64,000 bases of DNA from Candidatus Binatia bacterium (GCA_963666515.2 OY762897.2:320001-384000), one strand, 5' to 3'. Numbered from the stretch's first letter, positions 29,001 through 38,029 are shown. Numbers and translations are program-made. Notes: generated from the sequence alone by a model not told the origin.

Positions 29001-30565
29001 CCGGTTACAAATTCGCTGGAGAGACGCGATTTAACCTGCTCTCGGCTTTCCCCGTAAAGCAACGCAGCGCTCGGGTGAACAAGCACTTGCAGGAGTTGTT
29101 TCGAAAATTCGGTGAACCGCAAGGCGTGCCAACACTGCCTGTCGCGGGTTGGGTGGGTTCGCCGATCGCGAAGAGCGCCGTGTATAGAATGACCGACGAG
29201 CAGTGGTTGCGGGCCATCGCCAAGTACCGCTCTGAGTACCCGACACACTTCGGGCCGGGTGATCTCAGAGGCGGTGCTACGCAATTGGCACAAGAACTCG
29301 AAACCAGGGTCAAGGAGGAACCAGATCGGTTTGCTCGCCTCAGTCTGAGGTTTCCTCCAGGAACTAACCCTGTATATCTGGAATTGACGCTCTCCGCATT
29401 GAAGGGCGCCGAGGTGGCAAGCACTCTCAAACTTGAGGTCTGTCGCAAGGCCTTTGCGGATTCACGCGGGTCATGCGGCAGGTCGATTGTCGCTTTACTT
29501 GGATCCATTGAAGGCCCGCTTCCGAATGATGCTGTCGAAATGCTCGGTTGGCTAGCGATCGATCACGAAGACCCTGTCGAAGAGTTATGGCAAAAGGATG
29601 CTGGTGGTGGTCACCCCGACTATAATGGCGATGTCCAAATGGACGGCATTAACACTACACGGGGGAGAGCAGCCGACGCTATTCGGGCTCTCATCCTTGC
29701 CGACGTGACCTATGTCGAACGGTTTCGTCCAGCTCTCGAACGAATGATCAGGGACCGGAGTGCGGCTGTTCTTTCCCGTATTGCAGGTACGCTACAGGCC
29801 GTAGCGTACCATGATTCTGCACTTGCTCTGTCGCTTTTCCTTTGCATGGATCTATCCGAGGAACGACTGCTTGCAACACGGTACGTCTACGGGTTTATTC
29901 ATGGCAACCTGCGAGACAGCTTTGGTCAACTGCGGCCAATTGTCGAACGGATGCTCCGATCGTCCGAACCGAAGGTCGCTACGGCGGGCGCACGACTGGC
30001 AAGCCTTGCGGCGGTGGATCACGATGGTGCCGGGATCCTCGCCGTAGAGGCCGTCTCTGGGAGCCCGGATCAACGTCTCGGAGTTGCTCAAGTTGCAGCC
30101 GCAAATATTGGCGTCCCTCGGTGTCGCTCCTGGTGCGAAGAGACGCTTCGTGCACTGTTTGACGACTCCCACGTCGACGTGAGGGTCGAAGCGGCGGCAT
30201 GTTTCAGCAATCTGCCCGACGACACACTCGATACCTTTGGTAATCTGATTGAGGCATTCAGCGTCAGCGCCGCCTTTCGGGAGGACTCGTTCTCGATCTT
30301 TCATGCACTGGAGGCTTCACTGGGCCGCTTGCCGGGGATGACGTGTGCGGTCTGCGAGAAGTTCCTGGATCGCTTTGCAAAAGAGGCCAGAGACATGCGA
30401 ACGTGTCAGGCCGGGGACACCTTTACTCTCACGAAGTTGATTTTCAGGATCTACCAGCAACACCAGAACGATGAATGGACGTCACGTTCGCTGGACCTTA
30501 TAGATCGCCTTTGCCTGGAAGGAATTGGCGACACAGCACAACAGTTTGAGGAGTTCGAGCGCTAA
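26039..30565 (+). CDS. Avs/AVAST-like STAND NTPase with N-terminal Cap4-like PD-(D/E)xK nuclease and long helical C-terminal region
   Basis: GNRYEELW...EFVV...HQVK N-terminus; GGAGSGKT Walker A; LIVDQLD Walker B; VVCR; LRLPQNL; FGHESFFDY winged-helix motif; 1508 aa. Confidence 0.78.
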   Translation: MTLPGGSANKLGNRYEELWTVWVLVRMLHDDAESIRIEDPGTEKAEFVVTLASHRELHQVKRGHRDGKWSLKDLGATDGGLLHVIGQQLAGNSDRFVFASSSDAAVLRNLCEEASAAESIEEFKRWFLEAGDKKEGFKTLQECWGCDVSTAFDLLRRIDVQTIDEAALKEKLLLGVEALFLADPQKVLVELRAIVRDSVHQTIIREGLVDALKQRGYQLRRLTSSQRARDAVKAATDQYLHGAKIQLIQHRLLPRPSTTMLLAGLEGPATDHVLTGGAGSGKTACVVEVVEAVRERGLPVLAFRLDRLPALSTTEALGRQLDLEESPVLVLAAAAQTAGVPGLLIVDQLDAVSTMSGRSSGAFDLVERLLHEARGTRTRATIHTVVVCRAFDWRNDSRLRRLLPDEHGQVDVTEFTDEEVREFLTNAGFDTAWFRSGQLELLRLPQNLSLFLEAGFDTRLAPAFRTATDLFSRYWDEKRRSVADRVVPSADQWMEVMEILCEEMTSTQQLSVAKERLDTIPISYLDQLASEGVVTFDGRRYGFGHESFFDYCFARVFFNRSDSLVSFLKGPDQHLFRRAQVRQVLAYLRDADSVRYIQELHSLLSDEGIRVHLKDLAFALLAAVVDPTEEEWTIWQEWLAPALSAIEGGLRNANKLSELAWRRFFGAPSWFDVADHRGLVEAWLASDNGELANTALNYLRLHQGNSPDRVAALLEPYADCGGQWKVRLRFFMESADHHTSRRVFDLFLRLVDNGTLDEARGSRAVNGTFWDMLHDLGENRPEWVPEVLAHVLRRRLAIVRAAGEDLRKPDLLGYDASAAEMLGKSAKSAPAVFVKHVLPLVLDISEATVLPGGEPPKHDVVWSYLIKTEHPRGEDACLSGLVAAIGALARDGTANLRDIVADLRSRDTHIANHLLLALYAGGAAHYADEAISLLCDQPWRFQCGFSDSPVWCAMELIKVVLPHCTVESRERLEDVLLRYAAPFERSSAGYKFAGETRFNLLSAFPVKQRSARVNKHLQELFRKFGEPQGVPTLPVAGWVGSPIAKSAVYRMTDEQWLRAIAKYRSEYPTHFGPGDLRGGATQLAQELETRVKEEPDRFARLSLRFPPGTNPVYLELTLSALKGAEVASTLKLEVCRKAFADSRGSCGRSIVALLGSIEGPLPNDAVEMLGWLAIDHEDPVEELWQKDAGGGHPDYNGDVQMDGINTTRGRAADAIRALILADVTYVERFRPALERMIRDRSAAVLSRIAGTLQAVAYHDSALALSLFLCMDLSEERLLATRYVYGFIHGNLRDSFGQLRPIVERMLRSSEPKVATAGARLASLAAVDHDGAGILAVEAVSGSPDQRLGVAQVAAANIGVPRCRSWCEETLRALFDDSHVDVRVEAAACFSNLPDDTLDTFGNLIEAFSVSAAFREDSFSIFHALEASLGRLPGMTCAVCEKFLDRFAKEARDMRTCQAGDTFTLTKLIFRIYQQHQNDEWTSRSLDLIDRLCLEGIGDTAQQFEEFER

Positions 30566-30614
30566 GGAAGGACGCGATGATGTCGTACCGTAGTGGTGAG
30601 AATGGCGCTGTCGT

Positions 30615-32357
30615 ATGCTGACCAAACTCACCATCCGCAACTTCAAACTTTTTGGCGAAGTCGAGATCGAGCTAGGGAGCCCTGTCGTTTTCATCGGGCC
30701 GAACAACTCCGGCAAGACTTCGGCCATGCAGGCGCTCGCCCTGTGGGACATCGGGCTCAGGCGCTGGAACGAGAAGCGCTATGGGAAGAGCACGCCGGAG
30801 AAGCGTCCTGGGGTCACCATCAGTCGTCGGGACTTGGTGGCAATCCCGATTCCTGACGGCAATCTCCTGTGGCGTGACCTTCACGTTCGGGACGTCCAGA
30901 AGGTCGATGGGAAGCCGCGTACCAGCAATGTCCGTATCGAGATCGTGGTCGAGGGAATGAGCAACGACCATTCATGGGTCTGTGGACTGGAGTTTGACTA
31001 CGCGAACGAAGAATCCTTCTATTGCCGGCCTCTTCGCCAGTTTGACGACAAGACGCCCGAGCGGATGCCAGTTCCTGAAGAAGCGGGTCATGCACGGATC
31101 GTGTTCCTGCCCCCGATATCGGGGCTCGCGGCCACGGAGACACGGCTTGATACAGGTGCTGTGGATGTGCGGATTGGGGAAGGGCGTACCGCAGAGGTGC
31201 TGCGCAACCTCTGTTTCCAGGTTCATGGGGCGCAGACGAAGCAGTGGGACCGGCTGGTGAAGCAGATCGAGAGTCTTTTCGGGACGGTGGTGGAGCCGCC
31301 CCGCTACGTGCCGGAACGCGGCGAGATCGTGATGAGTTACCACGAGCGTGGAACGAGGCTCGATCTGTCTTCCGCTGGATGTGGTCTTCAGCAGACTCTG
31401 TTTCTTTTGGCGTACATGTACGCCAACCCCGGATCGGTCCTGCTTCTGGACGAGCCCGACGCACATCTGGAGATACTTCGCCAACGTCAGACCTACCGCC
31501 TGCTGACCGACGTGGCTCGTGAAAGTGGCAGTCAGATCATCGCTGCGAGCCACTCGGAGGTGTTGCTAAACGAGGCCGCCGACCGGGATCTGGTCGTGGC
31601 CTTCGTGGGCCGACCGCACCGTATCGACGGCCGCGGAAGCCAAGTGCTGAAGGCGCTCAAGGAGATCGGTTTCGAGCAGTACTACCAGGCAGAGCAGAAC
31701 GGGTGGGTGCTCTACCTGGAGGGCTCGACGGACCTCTCGATTCTTCACGCTTTTGCCCGACGACTGGGGCACGAACGGGCGTTGCAGGTGCTTGAGCGGC
31801 CGTTCGTTAAATACGTCGGGAACAATGCCAGCGCGGTCAAGAACCATTACCACGGGTTGCGGGAGGCGGTCCCGGGGCTTCAGGGAGTCGTCCTGTTTGA
31901 TCGCTTGGAGTCGGAACCGCGGGACATGGCCCCGGTCGAGTGTCTCATGTGGAAGCGCCGTGGGATCGAGAACTACTTGTGCTCGAAGGCTACGTTGGAG
32001 GCATATGCGACCGCCTCAGCGACTGAAACCGTGGCGGGGCCGCTGTTTACACGAGCCGAAGCCGACAAGCGTATGAACGCAATGCGGCAATCCATCGAAC
32101 CGGTGGAGTCGGCGCTGAGGACCTCGGGCAAGGGCTCTCCTTGGAACGCGGGCATCAAGGCTAGCGGCGATTTCCTGGAACCCGTCTTCAAAGCCTATTT
32201 CGAGAAGCTGGGGCTGCCGAACCTCATGGCCAAGAAGAACTGCCACGAATTGGTGGAGTACGTTCCAGACCACGAGATCGACCTGGAGATTCGCGAGAAG
32301 CTCGACGGCATTGTGCGGGTCGCGGAAAGGGCCGAGCCGGTCGGAGAACTGTCGTGA
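30615..32357 (+). CDS. ABC-type (AAA_15/AAA_21) ATPase fused to a TOPRIM-like domain (OLD/PARIS-like)
   Basis: IRNFK, GPNNSGKT, LSSAGCGLQQ, LLDEPDAHL, ASHS; C-terminal YLEGSTD, LFDR, IENYL. Confidence 0.75.
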   Translation: MLTKLTIRNFKLFGEVEIELGSPVVFIGPNNSGKTSAMQALALWDIGLRRWNEKRYGKSTPEKRPGVTISRRDLVAIPIPDGNLLWRDLHVRDVQKVDGKPRTSNVRIEIVVEGMSNDHSWVCGLEFDYANEESFYCRPLRQFDDKTPERMPVPEEAGHARIVFLPPISGLAATETRLDTGAVDVRIGEGRTAEVLRNLCFQVHGAQTKQWDRLVKQIESLFGTVVEPPRYVPERGEIVMSYHERGTRLDLSSAGCGLQQTLFLLAYMYANPGSVLLLDEPDAHLEILRQRQTYRLLTDVARESGSQIIAASHSEVLLNEAADRDLVVAFVGRPHRIDGRGSQVLKALKEIGFEQYYQAEQNGWVLYLEGSTDLSILHAFARRLGHERALQVLERPFVKYVGNNASAVKNHYHGLREAVPGLQGVVLFDRLESEPRDMAPVECLMWKRRGIENYLCSKATLEAYATASATETVAGPLFTRAEADKRMNAMRQSIEPVESALRTSGKGSPWNAGIKASGDFLEPVFKAYFEKLGLPNLMAKKNCHELVEYVPDHEIDLEIREKLDGIVRVAERAEPVGELS

Positions 32358-34090
32358 ACCTTTTCGGCTTCCGTGTTGCCAACTTCAAGGCCTTCGCTGC
32401 CGCACAGCGAGTGCCGCTACGACCGATCACGCTCATCTATGGCGCCAACAGCGCTGGAAAATCGAGTGTCCTGCACACACTGGCCTTGGTCCACCATGCC
32501 ATTGAGACCGGGGACCTGGACACACAACGGACTCAGATTGGCGGCGAGTCCATAGATCTCGGCGGGTTCCGGCAGTACGTGCACCGGCACCAGCGAGATC
32601 AGCAAGTCCAACTCGGTTTCGAGCTTGATCCCGGTCGGCTTTCCGGGCGCGTGGCAGCGCTGTTGCGCTCGGCACGCAGTATCGTCGTGGAGTTGTCGAT
32701 CGGCGAAGGGATTACGAGCAATCAACCCGACCTCTTCGGGGACTACATGCGGGAGTTGGATGGGAAGGGGGTTCGCCTCGAACGCTTCGGTCTTGAGGTG
32801 GACGACGCGTCCCTGTTATCCATGAGCGCACGGCCGGGAGGGCTGTTGCGTCTCGATAGTCTCGACCATGCGCATCCGGTTTTCCGCGAGTTGTTTCGTG
32901 GACTCTTGACGTTGGCTACGACGACCGAAGAAATCCGCGAGGAGGATTTCGCTGCCCTTGGTGACGTGCTCGACACGTTGGTCCCATCCATAACGGCCAG
33001 ACGGCGCGGTTTGTTCCTTCGGGTCGAGGACGAAGTCGAGGTCAGTGAGGGGGAGGGAGAAGGCTGGGAGGCGTTGATGCCGGTCAGTCGCGGGCGTCGC
33101 CGGGAGGACTTGGGGCGAGCGGGTCGCCTCTTTCTTCCCCGGGCCTTGCGCGAACTGGTGGAGGGTCTCGGAGCGGCAATCGAAGAAGACATCCGACGAC
33201 TTCGCTACCTCGGACCACTGAGATCCTATCCGCCGCGTCACCTTGCCTTTGCACAACATCACGATCCCAACTGGTTCGCGGGCGGCGGCTACGCTTGGGA
33301 TGTAGTCCGCACGCGCGCCGATGTCCGACAGCGTGTGAACACTTGGCTCAGCGACACTGATCGCCTCAAGACACCCTATGAGCTTGAAGTACGAGACCTG
33401 CTGCCCGCGACGACAGTGTCCAGGGAGCTTCCAGACAAACTTGGCGAGGCGTTTTTCGATTTCGCGACGACGCTTGCTTCGGATGGCGCCGACCGGCTCG
33501 CTGAACTCGGCCGCAAATATGAAGAAGACGTCCTGCCCGACATAGCAGAACTCGTGGCATCGGTCAGTGAAGTGGAGGCGTTGTCGGAGGACTGGGCTGA
33601 CGAGATGGTCAAGGCGTCCCCTGACGTACTTCAGGACTTGGTTCTCATCGACAAGCGGACCGGCACCCCCGTGAGCCACCGCGACGTGGGCATCGGTGTC
33701 AGCCAAGTGCTGCCCGTCCTCGTCTCGGCCTTCGCGTCGGAGAACCGGCTGGTTGCCATCGAGCAGCCCGAGATACACCTTCATCCGGCCCTTCAGGCGG
33801 AATTGGGTGATGTGTTCGTGGAATCGGCGCTTGAAGGCGGCAACACTTTCCTGATCGAGACTCACAGCGAGCATCTGCTGCTTCGCATCATGCGTCGCAT
33901 CAGGCAGACGAGCAGTGGCGACCTGCCGGACGGAGCGCCTGCGGTTCGTCCGGAGGACGTGATGGTGCTTTTCGTGGAACCCGACGGACCGAGGAGCATC
34001 GTCCGCGAGATGCCTCTCAACGAGCGCGGTGAACTGGTGAAGGCATGGCCCGGCGGCTTCTTCGAGGAAGGACTGCGGGAGATCTTCTGA
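32354..34090 (+). CDS. ABC-type ATPase with DUF3696-like C-terminus
   Basis: ANFKAF, GANSAGKS, YLGPLR, DVGIGVSQVLPV, IEQPEIHLHP, ETHSEH, WPGGFF. Confidence 0.85.
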   Translation: MNLFGFRVANFKAFAAAQRVPLRPITLIYGANSAGKSSVLHTLALVHHAIETGDLDTQRTQIGGESIDLGGFRQYVHRHQRDQQVQLGFELDPGRLSGRVAALLRSARSIVVELSIGEGITSNQPDLFGDYMRELDGKGVRLERFGLEVDDASLLSMSARPGGLLRLDSLDHAHPVFRELFRGLLTLATTTEEIREEDFAALGDVLDTLVPSITARRRGLFLRVEDEVEVSEGEGEGWEALMPVSRGRRREDLGRAGRLFLPRALRELVEGLGAAIEEDIRRLRYLGPLRSYPPRHLAFAQHHDPNWFAGGGYAWDVVRTRADVRQRVNTWLSDTDRLKTPYELEVRDLLPATTVSRELPDKLGEAFFDFATTLASDGADRLAELGRKYEEDVLPDIAELVASVSEVEALSEDWADEMVKASPDVLQDLVLIDKRTGTPVSHRDVGIGVSQVLPVLVSAFASENRLVAIEQPEIHLHPALQAELGDVFVESALEGGNTFLIETHSEHLLLRIMRRIRQTSSGDLPDGAPAVRPEDVMVLFVEPDGPRSIVREMPLNERGELVKAWPGGFFEEGLREIF

Positions 34091-35032
34091 ATGTCTCTGA
34101 TCGCGGACTACGCCATCACGCCCGACGTGCTCGACTCGGCCTCCTATACCAGCGAGGAGGTTTGCGGTCTGCACTTGCGGGAAATCAGTCAGGTCATGAG
34201 GAGCGAGGGGCTGGTTCGCGACCTCCGTGCCGGAGAGTGGCGAGGGCTATTCGCTGGGGGCGAACGCTCATGGCATCGCTTGGGCAAGGAAATGGTGCGG
34301 AAGCTGGCAACGGAGGGGCGATTGATCAGCTTCCCGCCCCGGCTTTCCAGGGCTCCTTCCGATGATCAGGACTGGTGCGAAGAGGCAGTCCGGTCCGACG
34401 TGACGGAACCATTCTCGGGCGGAGTCGTTGTGACGGAGTCGATCAAGGCGGCGTATGCAACGGACAGCCGCGTGGAGCGCGTCGACCGGCTCAGCAGGGC
34501 GGCTTGGTGGAGCCGCCGGAGTCCATCGGTTCGTTTGTCCCGGACTCTGGACGATTACAAGGAACACCTGGGTCCGATTCTGCGTTGCGCGAACTCGTTG
34601 CAGTTCATCGATCCTCACCTCAATCCAACGATTCGTCGATATCAACAGTTCAAGGAGCTGCTGTCCGTTGCCGGCAGGCGTAGCCCGCGGCCAACGATCG
34701 AAGTCCACCGCGTGTGCTACGAGGGATCCGGGCCAGGCCGCCGGATACTTGACGTCCGGAGCCTTGAACAGGATTTTCGCACTGCGCTTGCCGCTGGTTT
34801 GGCCGAAGCGGGTTCGCAGATTGAAGTGTTCGTTTGGGACGACTTCCACGACCGTTATCTGATCAGCAACCTGATCGGGGTGTCGCTGCCGAACGGCTTC
34901 GATACCACGAGCAACGTCAACGAGAAGACGACCTGGAGCCGCTTGGGGCGGGATGAACGCGACGATGTGCAACGCGAGTTCGACCCGGCCGTCGGGCGAC
35001 ACCGTCTGCACGGACGATTCAGCATTCCGTAG
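34091..35032 (+). CDS. Hypothetical protein with C-terminal PLD-like (HDR) motif, putative effector
   Basis: ATG directly follows the ATPase TGA; LQFIDPHL and FHDRYLISNLIGVSLPNGFD motifs. Confidence 0.6.
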   Translation: MSLIADYAITPDVLDSASYTSEEVCGLHLREISQVMRSEGLVRDLRAGEWRGLFAGGERSWHRLGKEMVRKLATEGRLISFPPRLSRAPSDDQDWCEEAVRSDVTEPFSGGVVVTESIKAAYATDSRVERVDRLSRAAWWSRRSPSVRLSRTLDDYKEHLGPILRCANSLQFIDPHLNPTIRRYQQFKELLSVAGRRSPRPTIEVHRVCYEGSGPGRRILDVRSLEQDFRTALAAGLAEAGSQIEVFVWDDFHDRYLISNLIGVSLPNGFDTTSNVNEKTTWSRLGRDERDDVQREFDPAVGRHRLHGRFSIP

Positions 35033-35064
35033 GGTTGGGTGATGCGCTTGGCCGAGGTGAACTC

Positions 35065-35400
35065 ATGATTCCCGTCACCGACGACCTTCTCCAGAACATG
35101 GTTCGGGCCATCGTAGATGAGGTGGATCCCGAGCAGGTGATCCTCTTCGGCTCCCGCGGCCGCGGCGACCATCGGGAGAAATCGGACATCGACCTCATTG
35201 TGATCGAAGCCGAGCCCTTTGGCCCCGAAAGGAGCCGCCACAGGGAAATGCTTCGCCTCAACAGAGCGGTTCGGGGGGCACCCGTCCCTGTGGATATCCT
35301 GGTCTACTCCAAAGACGACGTCGACTACTGGCGCGATTCCCTCAATTACGTCTTGGCTCGCGCGCTACGCGAAGGCAGGGTGCTTTATGAGCGACGTTAA
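35065..35400 (+). CDS. Minimal nucleotidyltransferase (MNT), copy 1
   Basis: ILFGSRGRGD, SDIDLIVI, PVDILV. Confidence 0.9.
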   Translation: MIPVTDDLLQNMVRAIVDEVDPEQVILFGSRGRGDHREKSDIDLIVIEAEPFGPERSRHREMLRLNRAVRGAPVPVDILVYSKDDVDYWRDSLNYVLARALREGRVLYERR

Positions 35401-35785
35401 GTGTGCCCGTGTGCTCCTGGAGGCGGCCGAGCGGGATCTTGTCGCGGTTCGGGTTTTCGTTCGCTCAGGGGAGGTGTCCGATGAAGTGTTCGGTTTTCAC
35501 GTGCAGCAGGGAGCCGAGAAGGCGCTCAAGGCATGGATTGCGGTGCTGGGCGAGTTATACCCGTTGACGCATGATCTTGAAGAACTGTTCGAGATGTTGG
35601 CCGCCTTGGGTGTCGATGCCGCCCCTTTCGAGCAACTGGTCGGCTATTCATCCTACGCAGTCGAGTTCCGTTATGCGGGCGTTCCGCTTGGCACTGACCC
35701 GATCGACAGGGAGCGCGCACTGTCGGTCGCCGAACAGTTGCTGGAAACGGTACGGCATGAGCTGGCAGCGGCTGAGGATGGGTGA
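35387..35785 (+). CDS. HEPN domain protein, copy 1
   Basis: GFHVQQGAEKALKA, THDLEEL, YAVEFRY; overlaps the MNT gene. Confidence 0.88.
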   Translation: MSDVKCARVLLEAAERDLVAVRVFVRSGEVSDEVFGFHVQQGAEKALKAWIAVLGELYPLTHDLEELFEMLAALGVDAAPFEQLVGYSSYAVEFRYAGVPLGTDPIDRERALSVAEQLLETVRHELAAAEDG

Positions 35786-35908
35786 TGGAGTGTCCTAAGG
35801 TGAGATTGGGCGCCATCTTGTCGCTAAAGCCCTTCATGGTACTTGGTGCGAGAAAACTTGAGGGCAAGAGGCGTTAATCACGTGAGACGCTTGACCAGGA
35901 CGAAAGCC

Positions 35909-36250
35909 ATGCCCCCCGTCACCGACGACCTTCTCCAGAGCATGGTCCAGGCCATCGTAGACGAGGTGGATCCGGAACAGGTTATCCTCTTCGGCTCCCG
36001 CGCTCGCGGCGACTACCGGGAGAACTCCGACATCGATCTGCTCGTGCTCGAAGCCGAACCCTTCGGTCCAGGGCGCAGTCAGCACAAGGAGTTGGTCCGG
36101 CTCTACCGCGTACTGAGAACCTTTCACGTGCCCGCTGACGTCCTGGTTTTTTCCCAGAAGGATGTGGACTACTGGCGAGATTCCCTCAACCATGTCCTGG
36201 CGCGGGCTCTGCGGGAGGGAAAGACGCTCTACGAAAAGGGCGCGTCATGA
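35909..36250 (+). CDS. Minimal nucleotidyltransferase (MNT), copy 2
   Basis: ILFGSRARGD, SDIDLLVL; DNA clearly similar to copy 1. Confidence 0.9.
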   Translation: MPPVTDDLLQSMVQAIVDEVDPEQVILFGSRARGDYRENSDIDLLVLEAEPFGPGRSQHKELVRLYRVLRTFHVPADVLVFSQKDVDYWRDSLNHVLARALREGKTLYEKGAS

Positions 36251-36633
36251 GCGACGTGAAATGCGCGCGGATGTTGCTGAAAGCGGCGGAGCGGGACTTG
36301 GCGACACTTCGGAGCATGACCGCCGAGGCGCCGGAGGAGTCCTTTGGCTTCCATGTGCAGCAGGCGGCGGAGAAGGCCCTCAAGGCGTGGATCGCGATGC
36401 GGGGCGAAACATACCCGTTGAGCCACAATATCGGCGTCCTGCTGGATCTGCTCGTTGACACCGGCGCCGATCTGGAGCCCTTTCACGGTCTGATGGGGTA
36501 CACGCCCTACGCCGTCGAATTTCGTTATCAGGGCGTCCCTTCGGGCATCAAGGCCATCGACCGCGAGGGCGCCATGGAACTGATTGAAGCCCTGCTCGGC
36601 GAGGTTCGGGGGAAGTTGGCGGAGTCGGAGTAG
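36247..36633 (+). CDS. HEPN domain protein, copy 2
   Basis: GFHVQQAAEKALKA, SHNIGVL, YAVEFRY; ATGA overlap with MNT copy 2. Confidence 0.88.
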   Translation: MSDVKCARMLLKAAERDLATLRSMTAEAPEESFGFHVQQAAEKALKAWIAMRGETYPLSHNIGVLLDLLVDTGADLEPFHGLMGYTPYAVEFRYQGVPSGIKAIDREGAMELIEALLGEVRGKLAESE

Positions 36634-36636
36634 GAT

Positions 36637-36676
36637 TCACGACTCCGCGACCTCGCCCGTGGCAAATTCCCGCACC
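36637..36676. repeat. 40-bp imperfect direct repeat, copy 1
   Basis: tcacgactccgcgacctcgcccgtggcaaattcccgcacc; 37/40 identical to 38879-38918. Confidence 0.85.
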
Positions 36677-37662
36677 ACCCGGCAGCGGGTGAACTTGGGC
36701 GAGACGTCGACAATCCGGGGCACTTCGGTCGTTTCGTTCTCGGGCAGGGGCTTCTCGCCTTTCGCCTCGCCGGTTTGCGCTACGCTCTTGAGGGAACCAA
36801 GCTTCTCGGCGCCGTCGATGGCCGCGGCGTCGCCGCCATACCACGCGAACCAGGGAAGGCCGGCGTCTGTGTAGTCCTTCGCCGTGGGAGGGAGGGTCGG
36901 CGGCCGCTCGCCCGTGATCGTCAACCACAGGACCGAATTGGCCAGGGAAATGAAGCAGCGGCTTGCATGGCGTTGGTCCCAGGCGTCCAGACCGTAGGGG
37001 TCGTCGTATATCTCCTGTTTCATCCGGCCGCCGGGCGCCAAGCCCATGTCCCAAGGTGGTGGAAAACCTCCGAGCTCCGTGTCGGGGGACTCCACGACGC
37101 AAGCCCACTGATCCTTCGCCCGCTCGTATCGCTCATGCTTCATCGGATACACCAGAACCTGAAGGCCGCCGTGTCGTGCGTCGCCCGTAAGCTGTTCCTC
37201 GACGCTGTAGCCTTCCCACAAGGCCAGGGGCATGGCGACGAACTGGCGGATCATGCCCTTTTCGACGCAGTAACCGTCGAGCCACGGTTGTTCCGGCAGC
37301 ACGACATAGTCCTGCGGATCGCGGTTCAGGTGATTCACCCAACTGTCGCCGGTGAGTGCGCAGAGCTTGCCGGTCGCGACCTTCACCGCGAAAGGATAGC
37401 GCGACGCGTTGAATCTGATCCACAGAGCCTCGGCCTGGTGAATTGGCGCGATCACACCGCCGCGCCGTTGCCATTCCTCGGGCAGACGCTTCGCATAGTC
37501 GTCCAGATGCCTCAGAGGAAAGCGGCCAAGGCCCGGCGGCAGCGGGTAGTCCCTGCCGTCATCCGGGATGCGCAGGGTGCGCTGGAACCCGATGGCGCAA
37601 GTCGCCTCGTCGTGGACTTCGGGAAACCTGAACACCAGTTGGTCTTTTTCAAGCGTGATCAT
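36637..37662 (-). CDS. Conserved hypothetical protein (FQRTLRIPDDG-YPLPPGLGRFPL family)
   Basis: 341-aa ORF with GGAGG RBS directly downstream of the XRE gene; QPWLDG, IRQFVAMP, MGLAPGG motifs. Confidence 0.75.
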   Translation of the reverse strand: MITLEKDQLVFRFPEVHDEATCAIGFQRTLRIPDDGRDYPLPPGLGRFPLRHLDDYAKRLPEEWQRRGGVIAPIHQAEALWIRFNASRYPFAVKVATGKLCALTGDSWVNHLNRDPQDYVVLPEQPWLDGYCVEKGMIRQFVAMPLALWEGYSVEEQLTGDARHGGLQVLVYPMKHERYERAKDQWACVVESPDTELGGFPPPWDMGLAPGGRMKQEIYDDPYGLDAWDQRHASRCFISLANSVLWLTITGERPPTLPPTAKDYTDAGLPWFAWYGGDAAAIDGAEKLGSLKSVAQTGEAKGEKPLPENETTEVPRIVDVSPKFTRCRVVREFATGEVAES

Positions 37663-37675
37663 CGTCGGTCCTCCT

Positions 37676-38029
37676 TTACCATTCGCCGTCCCGCACCTCT
37701 CGCACCACGCGAAGAATGGCGTGGTCCGGTGCTTCCTTCAGTTGTCGGATCAAGTCCGCGAACAGCCTGGGCCGCTTGCGGATGATCTCCTGGAGATCGC
37801 TTGATACCTTGCCCGCCACGGCCAAGAGCACGTCGGGGTCCTCGCCGAGTTCCTGCGCCAGACGCACGGCCGTTGCCTCCGAAGGCGGGGGGACGTCGCC
37901 GCGTTCGATCTTGCTCAGGTACGCTGGTTCGATGCCGATGCGCTGGGCCGTCTGGCGCACCGAGAAGCGCCGGTCCTTCAGCCGCAAGGCCTCCCGCCGC
38001 TCTCTGATCATATGGCCAAAGTGCGTCAT
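37676..38029 (-). CDS. XRE-family HTH transcriptional regulator
   Basis: FGHMIRERR, SVRQTAQRIGIEPAYLSKIERG. Confidence 0.9.
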   Translation of the reverse strand: MTHFGHMIRERREALRLKDRRFSVRQTAQRIGIEPAYLSKIERGDVPPPSEATAVRLAQELGEDPDVLLAVAGKVSSDLQEIIRKRPRLFADLIRQLKEAPDHAILRVVREVRDGEW

